A stretch of DNA of 64,000 nucleotides from Octopus sinensis (GCF_006345805.1 NC_043008.1:69440001-69504000); one strand, 5' to 3'; counted from the stretch's first letter, positions 40,879 to 53,728 are shown. Program-made: numbers and translations. The notes: a model not told the origin generated them from the letters alone.

Positions 40879-41260
40879 AGCTCAAGTCGGAACAGATATT
40901 TACACGAGGCATACCCAATCTTGCCAAGGCAATATCTGACCTAAAATTTTCAAATCGTCGCACTCGCGCCAAATTTATCGGCAGCAAATAAATATCAGCC
41001 GTCGATTCCATTACGGAATTAACCAAAAAATTCATAATTAATCAATATAGGGTGGCAAGGAAAATTTTGTAGAATTTTATTGCCACCAGCGGCCCAGTGG
41101 GAAAAAATTAAATAGTCATAGACCATTTTTAAGTTCAACATTAACAATTAAGGAACGGCCATAATAGGCCATTCACCCAAGAAATAACAGCCAAAGCTTC
41201 TACCGCAAATAAAGATTAAATCCGTAAACAGGAGAAAATTAAAAAAACATTTACCCTGTA

Positions 41261-41368
41261 ATTTCTTGTACGGTATACCGTTTCATCGCTGTTTAATGGT
41301 AAACTAACCTGATTAAATTAAATCAAGCCAATCTTCCATAAGCCCTCGGATTCTTCAGCAAGAGAAAT
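41261..41368 (-). ncRNA. Type I hammerhead ribozyme, copy 5
   Basis: Core intact, with a 1-nt deletion in stem II (catcg vs catccg) and a 2-nt insertion in stem I. Cleavage after 41269. Confidence 0.72.
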
Positions 41369-41752
41369 AGCTCAAGTCGGAACAGATATTTACACGAGGC
41401 ATACCCAATCTTGCCAAGGCAATATCTGACCTAAAATTTTCAAATCGTCGCACTCGCGCCAAATTTATCGGCAGCAAATAAATATCAGCCGTCGATTCCA
41501 TTACGGAATTAACCAAAAAATTCATAATTAATCAATATAGGGTGGCAAGGAAAATTTTGTAGAATTTTATTGCCACCAGCGGCCCAGTGGGAAAAAATTA
41601 AATAGTCATAGACCATTTTTAAGTTCAACATTAACAATTAAGGAACGGCCATAATAGGCCATTCACCCACTAGAAATAACAGCCAAAGCTTCTACCGCAA
41701 ATAAAGATTAAATCCGTAAAGAGGAGAAAATTAAAAAAACATTTACCCTGTA

Positions 41753-41859
41753 ATTTCTTGTACGGTATACCGTTTCATCCGCTGTTTAATGGTAAACTAA
41801 CCTGATTAAATTAAATCAAGCCAATCTTCCATAAGCCCTCGGATTCTTCAGCAAGAAAT
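41753..41859 (-). ncRNA. Type I hammerhead ribozyme, copy 6 (intact)
   Basis: Matches the copy 1 motif. Cleavage after 41761. Confidence 0.92.
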
Positions 41860-42245
41860 AGCTCAAGTCGGAACAGATATTTACACGAGGCATACCCAAT
41901 CTTGCCAAGGCAATATCTGACCTAAAATTTTCAAATCGTCGCACTCGCGCCAAATTTATCGGCAGCAAATAAATATCAGCCGTCGATTCCATTACGGAAT
42001 TAACCAAAAAATTCATAATTAATCAATATAGGGTGGCAAGGAAAATTTTGTAGAATTTTATTGCCACCAGCGGCCCAGTGGGAAAAAATTAAATAGTCAT
42101 AGACCATTTTTAAGTTCAACATTAACAATTAAGGAACGGCCATAATAGGCCATTCACCCACTAGAAATAACAGCCAAGCTTCTACCGCAAATAAAGATTA
42201 AATCCGTAAACAGGAGAAAATTAAAAAAAAAACATTTACCCTGTA

Positions 42246-42351
42246 ATTTCTTGTACGGTATACCGTTTCATCCGCTGTTAATGGTAAACTAACCTGATTA
42301 AATTAAATCAAGCCAATCTTCCATAAGCCCTCGGATTCTTCAGCAAGAAAT
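42246..42351 (-). ncRNA. Type I hammerhead ribozyme, copy 7
   Basis: Core and stems intact, with a 1-nt deletion in the stem II extension. Cleavage after 42254. The array ends about 7 nt beyond stem I. Confidence 0.88.
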
Positions 42352-42707
42352 AGCTCAATATATGCATATATATATATATACATGTTTGCATCCGTTCATA
42401 TGCTTACATGTATAATATAAACACACACACACGCCCACAAACATATACACACACACAGACACGTATATATGTCATGATCATAATTTAACGTCCGTTGTCC
42501 ATGCTGGCATGGGTTGGAAGACTTTACCAGGGCTAGCAAACTGGAAGACTGCACTAAACTCCAGTCTCATTTGATATGGTTTCTACGGCTGGATGCCCCT
42601 ACTAATGCCAACCACTCCAGTCGTGTAATTGTCGCTTTCACGTGCCTTTTGCATGACACCAGTATCTGCACGACTATGATTTTACTTGACTTAATAGGTC
42701 TTATCGC

Positions 42708-43460
42708 TATATATATAAAACTGAGAATGTGTGTCTGTCTGTCTGTCTGTCCCTAAAACTTAAGATCTACACAACCAATTTCATTCAAATTTTACACATT
42801 CCTTACTTAGGGTCCGGGGAGTGTCATCGGCAAAACAATTTTTTACTTTTTCCCTAGGGCGAGCCCACAGCAATATCATATCTTCTCCACTATGATTCCC
42901 TAAAACTCGAGAACTACACAACCAATTGCATTCAAATTTTACACATGCCTTACTTAGGGTCCATGTGGTTTCATGGGCAAAAAATGTTCAACTTCTTGCC
43001 TAGGGCGAAGCCCATAGCAATATCATATCTTCTCCACTATTTCAGTAGTACGTGTTAAAAGTGAAACAAAAACATTTCTCTATTTTATGTCAGATACTTT
43101 CACTTTAACAATAAAAATTAGAGATAATAATAACAATTGAATTATATGTAGTAAGTAATAATTAAAATCAAACTAAAGTATGATATAATCGTAACATATA
43201 AAAAGTAAAAATAGCAATTGGTATAAAATTGCATCAATGACTTGAACTTGAATAAGTGGTTTCACATGAATGGGAATAAATTAAAAATAAAATTAGTGTG
43301 CAGAAATGGAATAGTCCAGATGGAGTTGTGCACATACCCTTTACCACGTCTTTTACATTAGATTATCTGCTAATTAGCTAGCATTAAGTATCTATATGAA
43401 GTTTGGCTCTATGTAATATCTGTTTTCTCGAGCAGCCGCTTCTACTGAGTACTGCTGTTG
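42708..43460. mobile_element. Non-autonomous Helitron/Helentron-like (DINE-1-type) element with internal ~145-bp duplication
   Basis: Starts tatatataaaactgagaatgt followed by (GTCT)n. The block ccctaaaact...ctacacaaccaat...tatcttctccactat occurs twice (~42750-42895 and ~42897-43041). Confidence 0.5.
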
Positions 43461-43469
43461 GTTTATTTT

Positions 43470-44280
43470 TTATACATAAAGGACTATAGCTTCAACTGCG
43501 TACTGCTTTTTGATTCACCGTAAGGTTTGTTGTTATTATTATTACTGTTTAACTATTGTTATCACGTTTGTTGGTTCCGCGTAAGGGAAATGTTGTTGTG
43601 TTGCATTTGTTAAATAATTGTAAACCGTAACCCTCCCCCTTTGGGAGAAGGAGGTTTGGTTATTGTTTAAAACTTGAATTGTGTCCCTGTTTGGGAAAAT
43701 TGACAATATTTTCACCGTTTATACGGAAGCATTTTTAAAATGCCTTCGATAGAAGAAAGTCCAAAAATGAATTTCGCTGCAGCCGTCGGCGGGCGCGAAC
43801 TCATTAAAATTAAAATGGAAGAAATACAAACCTCTTTCGGATTGATCACCGATAAAGACGGTGTATCTATGATAACACCACCAAACGAAATAAAAACTTA
43901 AATCAAAGAAAAGACTATTGTCTATAAAGTATACAATGTAGAGAAAAAAAAGATTTAAACACCTGGATTTAAACACATCGAAAAGTGTCTTGGTGCGACT
44001 ATGAAAGATATCAAGTATCTAACCAGAGACGGTAAATTCACCACAATAGAAGCATGGTTCGAGTCAACGGAGCGTGCAAGGGAGTACTCGACTCGAACCT
44101 TGCAAAGTGGAAATATTTTATTCTAACCTTTATATCTGGGACGTAGGACGTCTCGGATAAAAATTAAAAATGTCTCCCCGGAAGTAGAGGTAGGGTGGAC
44201 TGTAGCCACACTTCTATACAAGAGGGAGGACTAGATACAATTGATCGAAATTGCAAGAGACGGGCCTACAAATCCAGTCT
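43470..44280 (+). mobile_element. 5' part (UTR plus stop-interrupted ORF1) of a Tx1/L1-like LINE
   Basis: From ATG 43740: MPSIEESPKMNFAAAVGG...FTTIEAWFES...PLYLGRRTSRIKIKNVSPEVEVGW, with several stops. This resembles an RRM-type ORF1. Confidence 0.55.
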
Positions 44281-44594
44281 TATATATTTTGAGTATTGTT
44301 ATCACTAGCGATATCAAGATATAACTTTGTATTTTGTATTTTATGTGTAGATGTATATATATAGATGTACATGTAATATGTACACATATATATATACATA
44401 TATACATGCACTAGTATATATATATAATATTCACATATATGTATATATGTGTATAGAAATATATATATGTATATATGAATATATACATATATCAATATGT
44501 ATCACACACACATATTGTTGTGTTATTAAGTAACATATATATTTTTGCTGCTACCGTGTCGAATGTAGATTTAGTGTTTTGGATTACCTATATT

Positions 44595-44928
44595 GAGACC
44601 CCCTTCGGTCATGACTGGCCGTAGGATTGCACCTAGAAAGTTACCCTCCCAGGCACAAGTCCAGGCAAGGTTGTTTATGGAAGGCCAACAGTCACCCATA
44701 CATACTAGCCTCATCCCTCCACGCCACCGATGTTATCCTAGGGAAAGACAACAGCAGATACAGCTTGGCATCAGTGATGTCGCAACTCATTTCTGCATCT
44801 GAGTGAACTGCTGCAACGTGAAATAAAGTGTCTTGCTCAAGAACACAACACGCAGCCCGGTCCGGGATTCGAACTCATAACCTCACGATTGTAAGCTCGA
44901 CGCTCTAACCACTGAGCCATGCGCCTTC
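44595..44928 (-). mobile_element. SINE family A copy (full length)
   Basis: Reverse-complement match that includes the A and B boxes. Confidence 0.85.
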
Positions 44929-44952
44929 ACAAACACGCGCGTGCGCACACAC

Positions 44953-45020
<68 letters not shown>

Positions 45021-45414
45021 AGAGAGAAAGAGCGTGTGCGTGAGAGAGAGGGGGACAGAGCTTTCGAAATACATTTAATATTACCAATATTAGAGTATTT
45101 CTGTGTCTCTTATATCGTAATTCTGACTTCGATTCTATTTAATCTCCATCTAATTCTGACTTACTGTCTCACCCATACTCTCACTCACTCTCTTACCCAC
45201 TTAGTCTCTCTCTGCCTTTCTTGTTCTCTCTCTCTCTCTCTCTCTCACTCACAGACACAGACACAGACACACAGACACACAGACACACACACATTCAGTC
45301 TCACTCTCAGTCTCGTTCTCTCTCGCTCTCAAATGATTCTTGTCAAAGAGGGCTTCACATTTTACCATTTCATCGTTGAGGCTACCTCGCTCTAAGACAC
45401 CTCTACTCTTTGTC

Positions 45415-45596
45415 ACCAACAACACCACTGACCCCACCAACAACACGACCACCACTACAACCGCCACCATCACCACCACCAACAACAACAACAACACCAA
45501 CACTACTACTACTACCACCACCACCACTATCACCATCTCCACCACCACAAGCACTACTACTACTACTACCACCACTACCACCACCATCACCACAAA

Positions 45597-45640
<44 letters not shown>

Positions 45641-45880
45641 GTGCTGCTACTGGTGCTGCTGCTGCTACTAGTATTACTGTTACCAACACACGAATAATTT
45701 TCCCTCCACAAGCTTCACCAATATAGTCACCACTTTACCAATATGACGGTCAAAAACCTATCCCATCCGCTATCATACTACCACCATCGCCGCAACCACC
45801 ATCACAACCACCACTATCGCCACTATCACCACCGTCGCCATCACCATTACCACCACCACCACAACCACCGCCACCACAAT
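45415..45880. repeat. Compound (ACC)/(ACT)/(AAC) trinucleotide tract
   Basis: Direct reading. It explains the poly-T/V/P ORFs in the track. Confidence 0.9.
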
Positions 45881-46266
45881 CTCCATTAATATTTACTCGG
45901 TGTCATATACCCGCACTCATCATAATTGTCGTAAAATATGTCTTCGGCTTTTTGTGTTTAGTTTTGAGATCGTTGTTACAGCTGCTGTTGCTGTTACGAT
46001 TATATATTTATACTTCTAATATAGGTTATAATTTTTCAAAAATTTCATCAAGTGGCCAGTATATATTAGAATACCTTTTAAGGTAAAAAAAATTATAAAC
46101 AATCATAAATAAGGGCAAAAGAAAAAAATTCTATGCCAATATGGTGAAAAATAGACATTAAATCATCAATCGTTATATTGTATGTGGTGATTGACGATTT
46201 AAAGTCTATTTCTCAGCATATTGGCATAGAATTTTTTTTCTTTTGCCCTTATTCATAATCATATAA

Positions 46267-46335
<69 letters not shown>

Positions 46336-47297
46336 CGCAGGTGTCACTGTGTAGGAGGCATTGTTTCCCAACCACATGGTTCCGGGTTTATCCCCATGCA
46401 TGGCAATTTGTGCAAGTTTTTTTTACTGTAGCCTCGGACCGACCAAAGCCTAGTGAGTAAATTTGGTCGATGGAAACTGAAAGAAACCCATCGTGTATAT
46501 ATATATATATATATATATATATCTGTACCTATGTATGTATACATATATATGTATGCATGTAACCATATGAAAGTACCCTGTTGATATTTTTGAAATTCAA
46601 AAGAAGGACCTTCGGATCTAGGTTAGAAACCGGCTCCTTGTCCATTGGCAAGAAATCTTGAAATAAACTGAATAATGACATACATACATATGCGCGTGCG
46701 CGCACACACACGCAAACACACACATACATATTTGGAGAGATAGGCACATTGATGAACGTTTTTGCTTACAATGACAAGATATACTTCAAATATAAAAGTG
46801 TGTGTACATTTGATTAGAAACCTAAATGTATTGAGTTTCGTGTTGAAAAAGTTTAAAACAATCAAAGTAAGAAAGCAGCGTGACAACATATAAGCAATAA
46901 TATTTTAAACTCATCGAAATAGAATTAACGAGGAAGCTTTGATTGGTTACCGAATATACTATTAAGCTACGCGTCACTCACTCATTTATTCAAATTTCAT
47001 GGGCAGAACATGTTATATTCATCTATTTACAAGAAAAGCACTTGATATTTTCCTCCTTCAGTATCATGCGTATAAAACACATATAAGTAAAGTTGGAGAC
47101 TATTGTTAATAGAGTTTTAATGTTGGATATTTAGATGATTTGTTTCTTTTCCAATATATGAATATCTTTCATAATATGATAAATCCATTATATAGGAAAT
47201 AATATTTGATAGTTGGAAATTCATCAATAAATATCAATGGAATTTCTCCAACAATTTACCACTTCTGATCTTTTGCTAAATGCTGAAGTTGTAATTG

Positions 47298-47855
47298 TAT
47301 GTTATATTTCTCTGAGAGAGACAAAGATCACACCATGAACCATTAATGTCCTGGGATGCGTTTACCCATAATGGATCGGTCGATTTTATAATTGTCAATA
47401 TTATCGTCCTTTAAACTAAGCCACTACAAGCAGTATCGTCCAGTTTCTAGAATTATACAACACCACGGAAACCCCCGCTTCACGTCTTTGTCGTGAACAG
47501 CGGTTAATGTTCCGATTAAAAATATCTTCCCCTGCTGGTATCAATAACTGACTTGCTTTGATCTAAAGCATCTCATATGTTACATTTCTCTGAGAATCAA
47601 AGATACCATCTTGAACCTTTAATATAGAAGGACGCATTTTCTATAATGGCTCAATCGATTTTATAATCGTTAATAGTGTCATCTTTTAAACTAAGGCCTC
47701 ACCCACTAGCATCGTGCACTTTCTGATATTACACAACACCATGGAACTATCATTTCACGGCTTTGTCGTGAACAGCTGTTAATGCTCCAATTAAAAATAT
47801 CTTCCATTGCTGATATTAATAACCGATTTGTTGTGATCTAAAGCACCTCATATAC
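47298..47855. repeat. Diverged tandem duplication, unit ~278 bp
   Basis: atttctctgag at 47306 and 47584; gatctaaagca at 47560 and 47835; ctttgtcgtgaacagc is shared. Confidence 0.85.
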
Positions 47856-48044
47856 ACACGATAAAAACCCACGCATGCACGCCTCCAAAACGGATAAACA
47901 TCTACAGAGGCATATCACCTGTATCTACCAATAGACTCACATATATTTCTCCATCGATCCATAACATCCTACGATATTTTGCTCATATCACCAACATAAT
48001 AGGACACTTTGCTCAAGCCATCGCATATTTATCCGTTACACACT

Positions 48045-48650
48045 AAACGCGGCGAGCTGGCAGAATTGTTAGCATGCAGGGCAAAATGCTTAGCGGCATT
48101 TTGTCCGGCTTTGCGTCCTGAGTTCAAATCCTGCCGAGGCCAACTTTGCCTTTCATCCTTTCAGGGTCAGTAAAATAAGTACCAGTAAAGCATTGGAATC
48201 GGTGTAATCGGTTTAGCCCCTGCTCCGAAATTGTTGGCCATGTGCCAAATTTGAAGCTATTCTTCTCTACTCTAGGCGCAAGGCTCGCAATTTTTGGGGA
48301 GGAGACCAGTCGATTAGATCGACCTCAGTACGAAACTGGTACTTAATTCATCGAGTCAGAAAGGATGAAAGGCAAAGTCGACCTCGGCGGAATTTGAACT
48401 CAAAACGTAGCTGCAGACGAAATACCTATTTCTTTACTACCCACAAGGGGCTAGACACAGAGAGGACAAACAAGGACAGACAAAGGGATTAAGTCGATTA
48501 CATCGACGCCAGTGCGTAACTGCTACTTAATTTATCGACCCCGAAAGGATGAAAGGCGAAGTTGACCCCGGCGGAATTTGAACTCAGACGAAATGCCGCT
48601 AAGCATTTTTCCCGGCGTGCTAACGTTTCTGCCATCTCGCCGCCTTGCCA
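48045..48650. mobile_element. SINE family C cluster: + copy (48045-48250) facing a - composite dimer (48265-48650)
   Basis: Matches family C on both strands, with the same dimer junction as ~29340. Confidence 0.8.
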
Positions 48651-49337
48651 AACATGAAACTATTGCATATACACGCAACTACATCACAACACTTCTAAAT
48701 GATACCACCACGTATTTATTATCCCTTAATACTCACACACGTCATCATATATGAATACAACACCACAGTTCTCTATCCATACCTTGATACATACACCCTA
48801 CACCTTACATACATCACACAACCACTTTACGCGCAATATCATATCGCTCCCACTATTCATTTAATAACATTTCTTCTTACCTCCACTTTTATTCCTCGCT
48901 ATCGCATATACACACTTGGCTCCAGTTCATTCTCACTCGTACATGTTCTCACACACATACATGAATACATTTCACATACATTTCTTTTCATTACATTCGC
49001 TCATGTGTACCCCTTTTCTTGTTTCCTCTGCTATACAATTTCCTTAATTTCTGCTGGAAAAAAACATTCGCTTTAATCCACTCATGAGTGTGCCATGTTG
49101 TATTCTTGACAAAACAGCATGTTTGCCCTTCCAATAAACTATACATGCACCTTCTTCACTCTTGATATAAAAAAAAGAAACAATTCGAAAGGTTAATTTC
49201 TCTTTCTTTGGTTTCTTCATTGTCTAATTATATGACTTTGTATTTTCATATGTTGCTTTCGATTTTTAAAACAATTTTCCCTGTTTTTGATTGTCTCATC
49301 TGAAGATTATTACAGCACTAACGACGCTTATTAAGAG

Positions 49338-49404
<67 letters not shown>

Positions 49405-50312
49405 CTTTTTTTTCTTTTTTCTTTCAAATTTGCTTCCATTTCTTGCCGAGTGTCTTCCCGACTCCTAGGGCAAAGAAACTCATAGTATACATTGGTAGGC
49501 CATTAAACTAAACTCACTAGTTCGTTCATTTTTTTTAAAGTTAAATTAAAATACATCGGTAGTAATAGTTCTCACATCAACAGTGCTCTTCTCCATACGT
49601 GTGATGTACCAGTTAAGACAATCTTTTGCACTTCTTGCAGGGATGGTAAGCCAGGGATCATTCTCATATAATTTTCGGTTCCCTTCTTGATCATTCCTAG
49701 TGCTCCTACGATCATTGGTATTGTAACCGCCTTGAGATGCCACATTTTCTCAATTTCAATGAGCAGGTCTTTATATTTTCTGAGCTTGTCAAACTCTTTC
49801 GCCGAGATATTATGATCACAGGGGATGCTCATGTCGATCAATAAGCAAACTTTATTGTTTTGGTCTTTCACAACAATATCTGGTTTATTGGTTCGGTCTG
49901 TATGTACTGGAAAGTCCCACAGAATCGTTACATTTTCTCCTTCAGTTACAGCTTCAGGGTGGTGATTATACCACTTGTCGGCAGTTTTGATATTGTAATG
50001 CCGACTTATTAGCCAGTGTAGATATTGGCCAACTCTGTCATGTATTAATTTATACTCCACTGGTGCTAAGACTTTACATCCAGAGATTAGGTGGTCCACT
50101 GTTTCAATCAAGTCGTTGCAGAATCGGCATTTTGAGTCTGCTCCATTTTTCATCACATTGGCCAGGTAGTTCCGGGTAGTTCCGGCTTTGATCTTGAGCA
50201 GCCAGGATGAAACCTTCGCTCTCTGGTTTTAGCCCTGAGCTCCGTAGCCACTGATGGATTTGCTTCTGGTCAACATCAGCTTGTTTGCTGCGGGCCACAT
50301 ATTTGCCGTTTA
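49405..50312 (-). mobile_element. 5'-truncated R4/Dong-clade LINE 3' end (CCHC knuckle, REL endonuclease, 3' UTR) inserted in (TAA)n
   Basis: ORF 49572-50156 contains CRFC-x8-H-x4-C and KPDIVV...LLIDMSIP (PD..D). The upstream frame has WLRSSGLKPESEGFILAAQDQ. The frameshift is caused by a 10-bp duplication at 50165-50184. (ATT)n lies on both sides. Confidence 0.9.
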
Positions 50313-50321
50313 TTATTATTA

Positions 50322-50371
<50 letters not shown>

Positions 50372-50376
<5 letters not shown>

Positions 50377-50605
50377 TTCGCTAAGGCGGAGGAATTGAAT
50401 TGTTTCCAGTCGTGTTTGTTTGCTTCTTTGACCGTGGACAAGATAACTCAAGAACCGCTGAATGGATTCGGATGAAACTTTCAGAAATATTTGGCCTCAT
50501 GACTAGCACGAAATGATTAGATTTTGGGACAAAGACACTGGATTATTCTTCTGCTTATTTAATTAATTTTTGAGAGCGGTCGAGTTCATTTGTAGTATTC
50601 ACGTT
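50372..50605. mobile_element. Family D copy, opposite orientation, internally deleted
   Basis: accttcgctaaggcggagg...ttcacg matches the reverse complement of family D. Confidence 0.55.
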
Positions 50606-50621
50606 ATTATTATTATTATTA

Positions 50622-50672
<51 letters not shown>

Positions 50673-50750
50673 CATATTCATATATGAATATAAACATCTA
50701 TACATGAATATGAATAGGTATATATATATATGTATGTATGTAGGTGTATA

Positions 50751-50783
<33 letters not shown>

Positions 50784-50784
50784 T

Positions 50785-50817
<33 letters not shown>

Positions 50818-50883
50818 GTATACACATAAATATATGTATACATATATTTATATGAATAAAGATGTACATATATGCATATATGA

Positions 50884-50931
<48 letters not shown>

Positions 50932-52792
50932 TATATACATATATATATACATATATATATATATACATACATATATATATATATAACATATCTATTCACA
51001 CATATATACGTTTTCTGTTGTTTCTAATGCGTATTTTTATCTTTTTATTTGAAGCATATCGTGTTTCTCATGTTAAGAATTCCTCACTGACATCCAGCAT
51101 GGTAATTCTACAGAACCACTTACACTAGAGCCATTATTTCCTGCGTTACATAGAACTGTTATCGTGCCAGTGTGAATTTATGATTTTTTCTTTGCCATCA
51201 ACAAAACGTTCGTGTAAGCTTTATGTGAGAAACTTTTGCCAAAGCCTCTTCCCTAACAAAATTATACGAAGAACGTCGTACCAGCATATTTTTAAGGAGA
51301 TCGTGTTGAATAGCGGTGTCGCCGTCGTCTCGAACCCTCACTCTCCCAATTCAAATGTATCATAGTGTTTGTTTATATTTATGACGCTCTGTATATCAAT
51401 AACCAGTTCAAAATTCACCACCCACATAACATCTCATTACATTTATTCCTCTGTATCTGCGCTCACCACCTTCGCCTATATGCAACTGGAAAACAAGCAT
51501 ATATTTGATGGTTCACAATAATTTCGTCTCATTTATGAGTTCGGAAGACACAGCCACAATACGTCGTTCCAACATTATATTCACAAGATTCAATGAGAAA
51601 CACGTATTCTTTAAATCATACTAAACGTTCGTTTCAAATGTTGGCACAAGGCCAGCAAATTCGGTGGTGGGGTAAGTAAATTACATCTCGACCCCAGTGC
51701 TCAATTGGTACTTATTTTAGTCACGCCGAATGAATAAAAGGCAAAGTCGACCTCGGTGGAATTTAAACTCCTAACCGTTCTGTCAGCACGCCGTCTTCAT
51801 TATACTAAATACTGGTTTCAAATCTTGACATGAGGCCAGTAATTTCGAAGCAAGGGGAAATTCGATTTGATCGACCCCAGTGTTCCACTGCTATGCATTT
51901 TCTCGACCCCGGAAGGATGAAAGACAAAGTCGACCATGGAAAAATTTGAACTCAGAGCGTAAAGACGGATGAAATGCCGCTAAGCATTTCGTCCGGCGTG
52001 CTAACGGTTCTGCGAGCTCTGGTATTTGTAATTGACTTCTAATGGAGACAACACGGTTGTTGTCCTTGGGTTAGAAACTGTTATTTCCTATTTGCTGGCC
52101 TCTAGAAAGTATGAAAAATGGCTGATATTTCCTTCAAACTTTTCTTTTTTTACCTTTAATCAAACCCCAAAGAATTCCTCTCACCACATGGCTATGATGC
52201 TCCCCTATAACTCCTACACAGGATCAGAGATGCACATTTTGCCAGTCACTACGATATATGCTCAAGATATTCTCAGCTTCGAAAAGACATGCTCAAGTGG
52301 TTATGGTCAAGCAACTGAGAAGCAAATCTGTGGTATTGAGCAGAATATTTGCTATAACGATATTTCTGCTTCAGTAACTCAGTGCTGAATCAGTCTAAAA
52401 TGTAATGGAAAATAGGTCAGTTTCAAAACATTGATGTCCAGGTGACAAAATAAAATTTTGAAGGGAATAGTGGAAGCAAATAGGAAAATAACACTTGCTG
52501 ACCGATGACATGAAAAAGTAAAAATGTTGTTACATAGTGTTGTTGTATTTTTTGTTGGTGCTGTTGTTGTTATCATCGTTGTTTTCATTGTTGCTTATAA
52601 AAAACGTAATTAGTGAACTGAAAGCACTGAGGATAACGATAGCTGATATGGGAAGGATGCGATACCAAAAAGGTGTGGTAGATCTGCGTGATAACCAACT
52701 TAGTAGCAAGAACAACAAAAACAAACATATGCGAAAAAAGTAAAGGATGAAAGTAGAAGAAAACAAAAAAACGGCAAAAACAACCCCAGCAG

Positions 52793-52843
<51 letters not shown>

Positions 52844-53153
52844 GAAAAGAAAAAAAAAGAAAATCAGACCAATATGAAAGATTTACATTTATTTATTCAT
52901 ATCTTATATCGCATTTGAAATATCATTAACATGATTTTTCACTAATTATATATGCATGTGAATGTGTACGTGCGCGTGCTCCTGAGTATGTTTGACTATA
53001 TACTTATTCACACAAAGAAACGTTTACGTAGGAATATATACCTATAGGGAGAGGGGTGATAAATACGTATAATTTTATATAACTCATTTTTAATCTATCT
53101 ATATTTCTATATATATCTTTCTATATATATATATACAGTTATATATATGTATG

Positions 53154-53222
<69 letters not shown>

Positions 53223-53519
53223 ATATATGTATTGCATAATTGTGCTTGTATATATCATATGTACGTATGTATGCATTCTATTTTTCAAGCAGGCACACGC
53301 AGATACATACAGGCATACATACATATATACATACAAGCATAAACAGAAAAAGTTTTACGCAGTGAGTTGCAGTGCTTTTGTGCATCTTTATGTAAGCATG
53401 CTCGTGTGTGTGTGTGTGTGTGTGCGAGCGTGGGTGCTTGCGTGACTGAGTTTACTACTTTATATACTGCACTGGCTTCTAGTGTCAAGCTAACACCCTG
53501 CTGTGGTGAGAAATGTGTC

Positions 53520-53536
53520 ATATATCTATCTGCCTT

Positions 53537-53615
<79 letters not shown>

Positions 53616-53648
53616 GTCTATCTATCTGTCTATCTATCTATCTGTCTA

Positions 53649-53728
<80 letters not shown>

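Larger units (their letters stand above)
39193..42358 (-). mobile_element. Hammerhead-ribozyme tandem array (non-LTR retrozyme-like), ~6.5 copies of a ~490-bp non-coding monomer
   Basis: The unit attaacaattaaggaacggcc...tttttaagttcaac repeats head-to-tail. Each copy has a full type I hammerhead on the minus strand, and cleavage sites are spaced 489, 483, 484, 489, 492 and 493 nt apart. There is no meaningful ORF. ATATATGCATATA flanks both ends (39181-39193 and 42358-42370). Confidence 0.88.

Noticed and set aside
39932-42016. Short repeated ORFs MNFLVNSVMESTADIYLLP... in the array
   Set aside because: They are 60-66 aa, start at a non-ATG codon, are broken by indels in other units and have no recognisable motif. 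The unit is better explained as structured RNA.
39193-42358. Array as a CRISPR, 5S/snRNA cluster or plain satellite
   Set aside because: There are no unique spacers and no 5S, snRNA or tRNA sequence. The complete hammerhead in every unit argues against a plain satellite.
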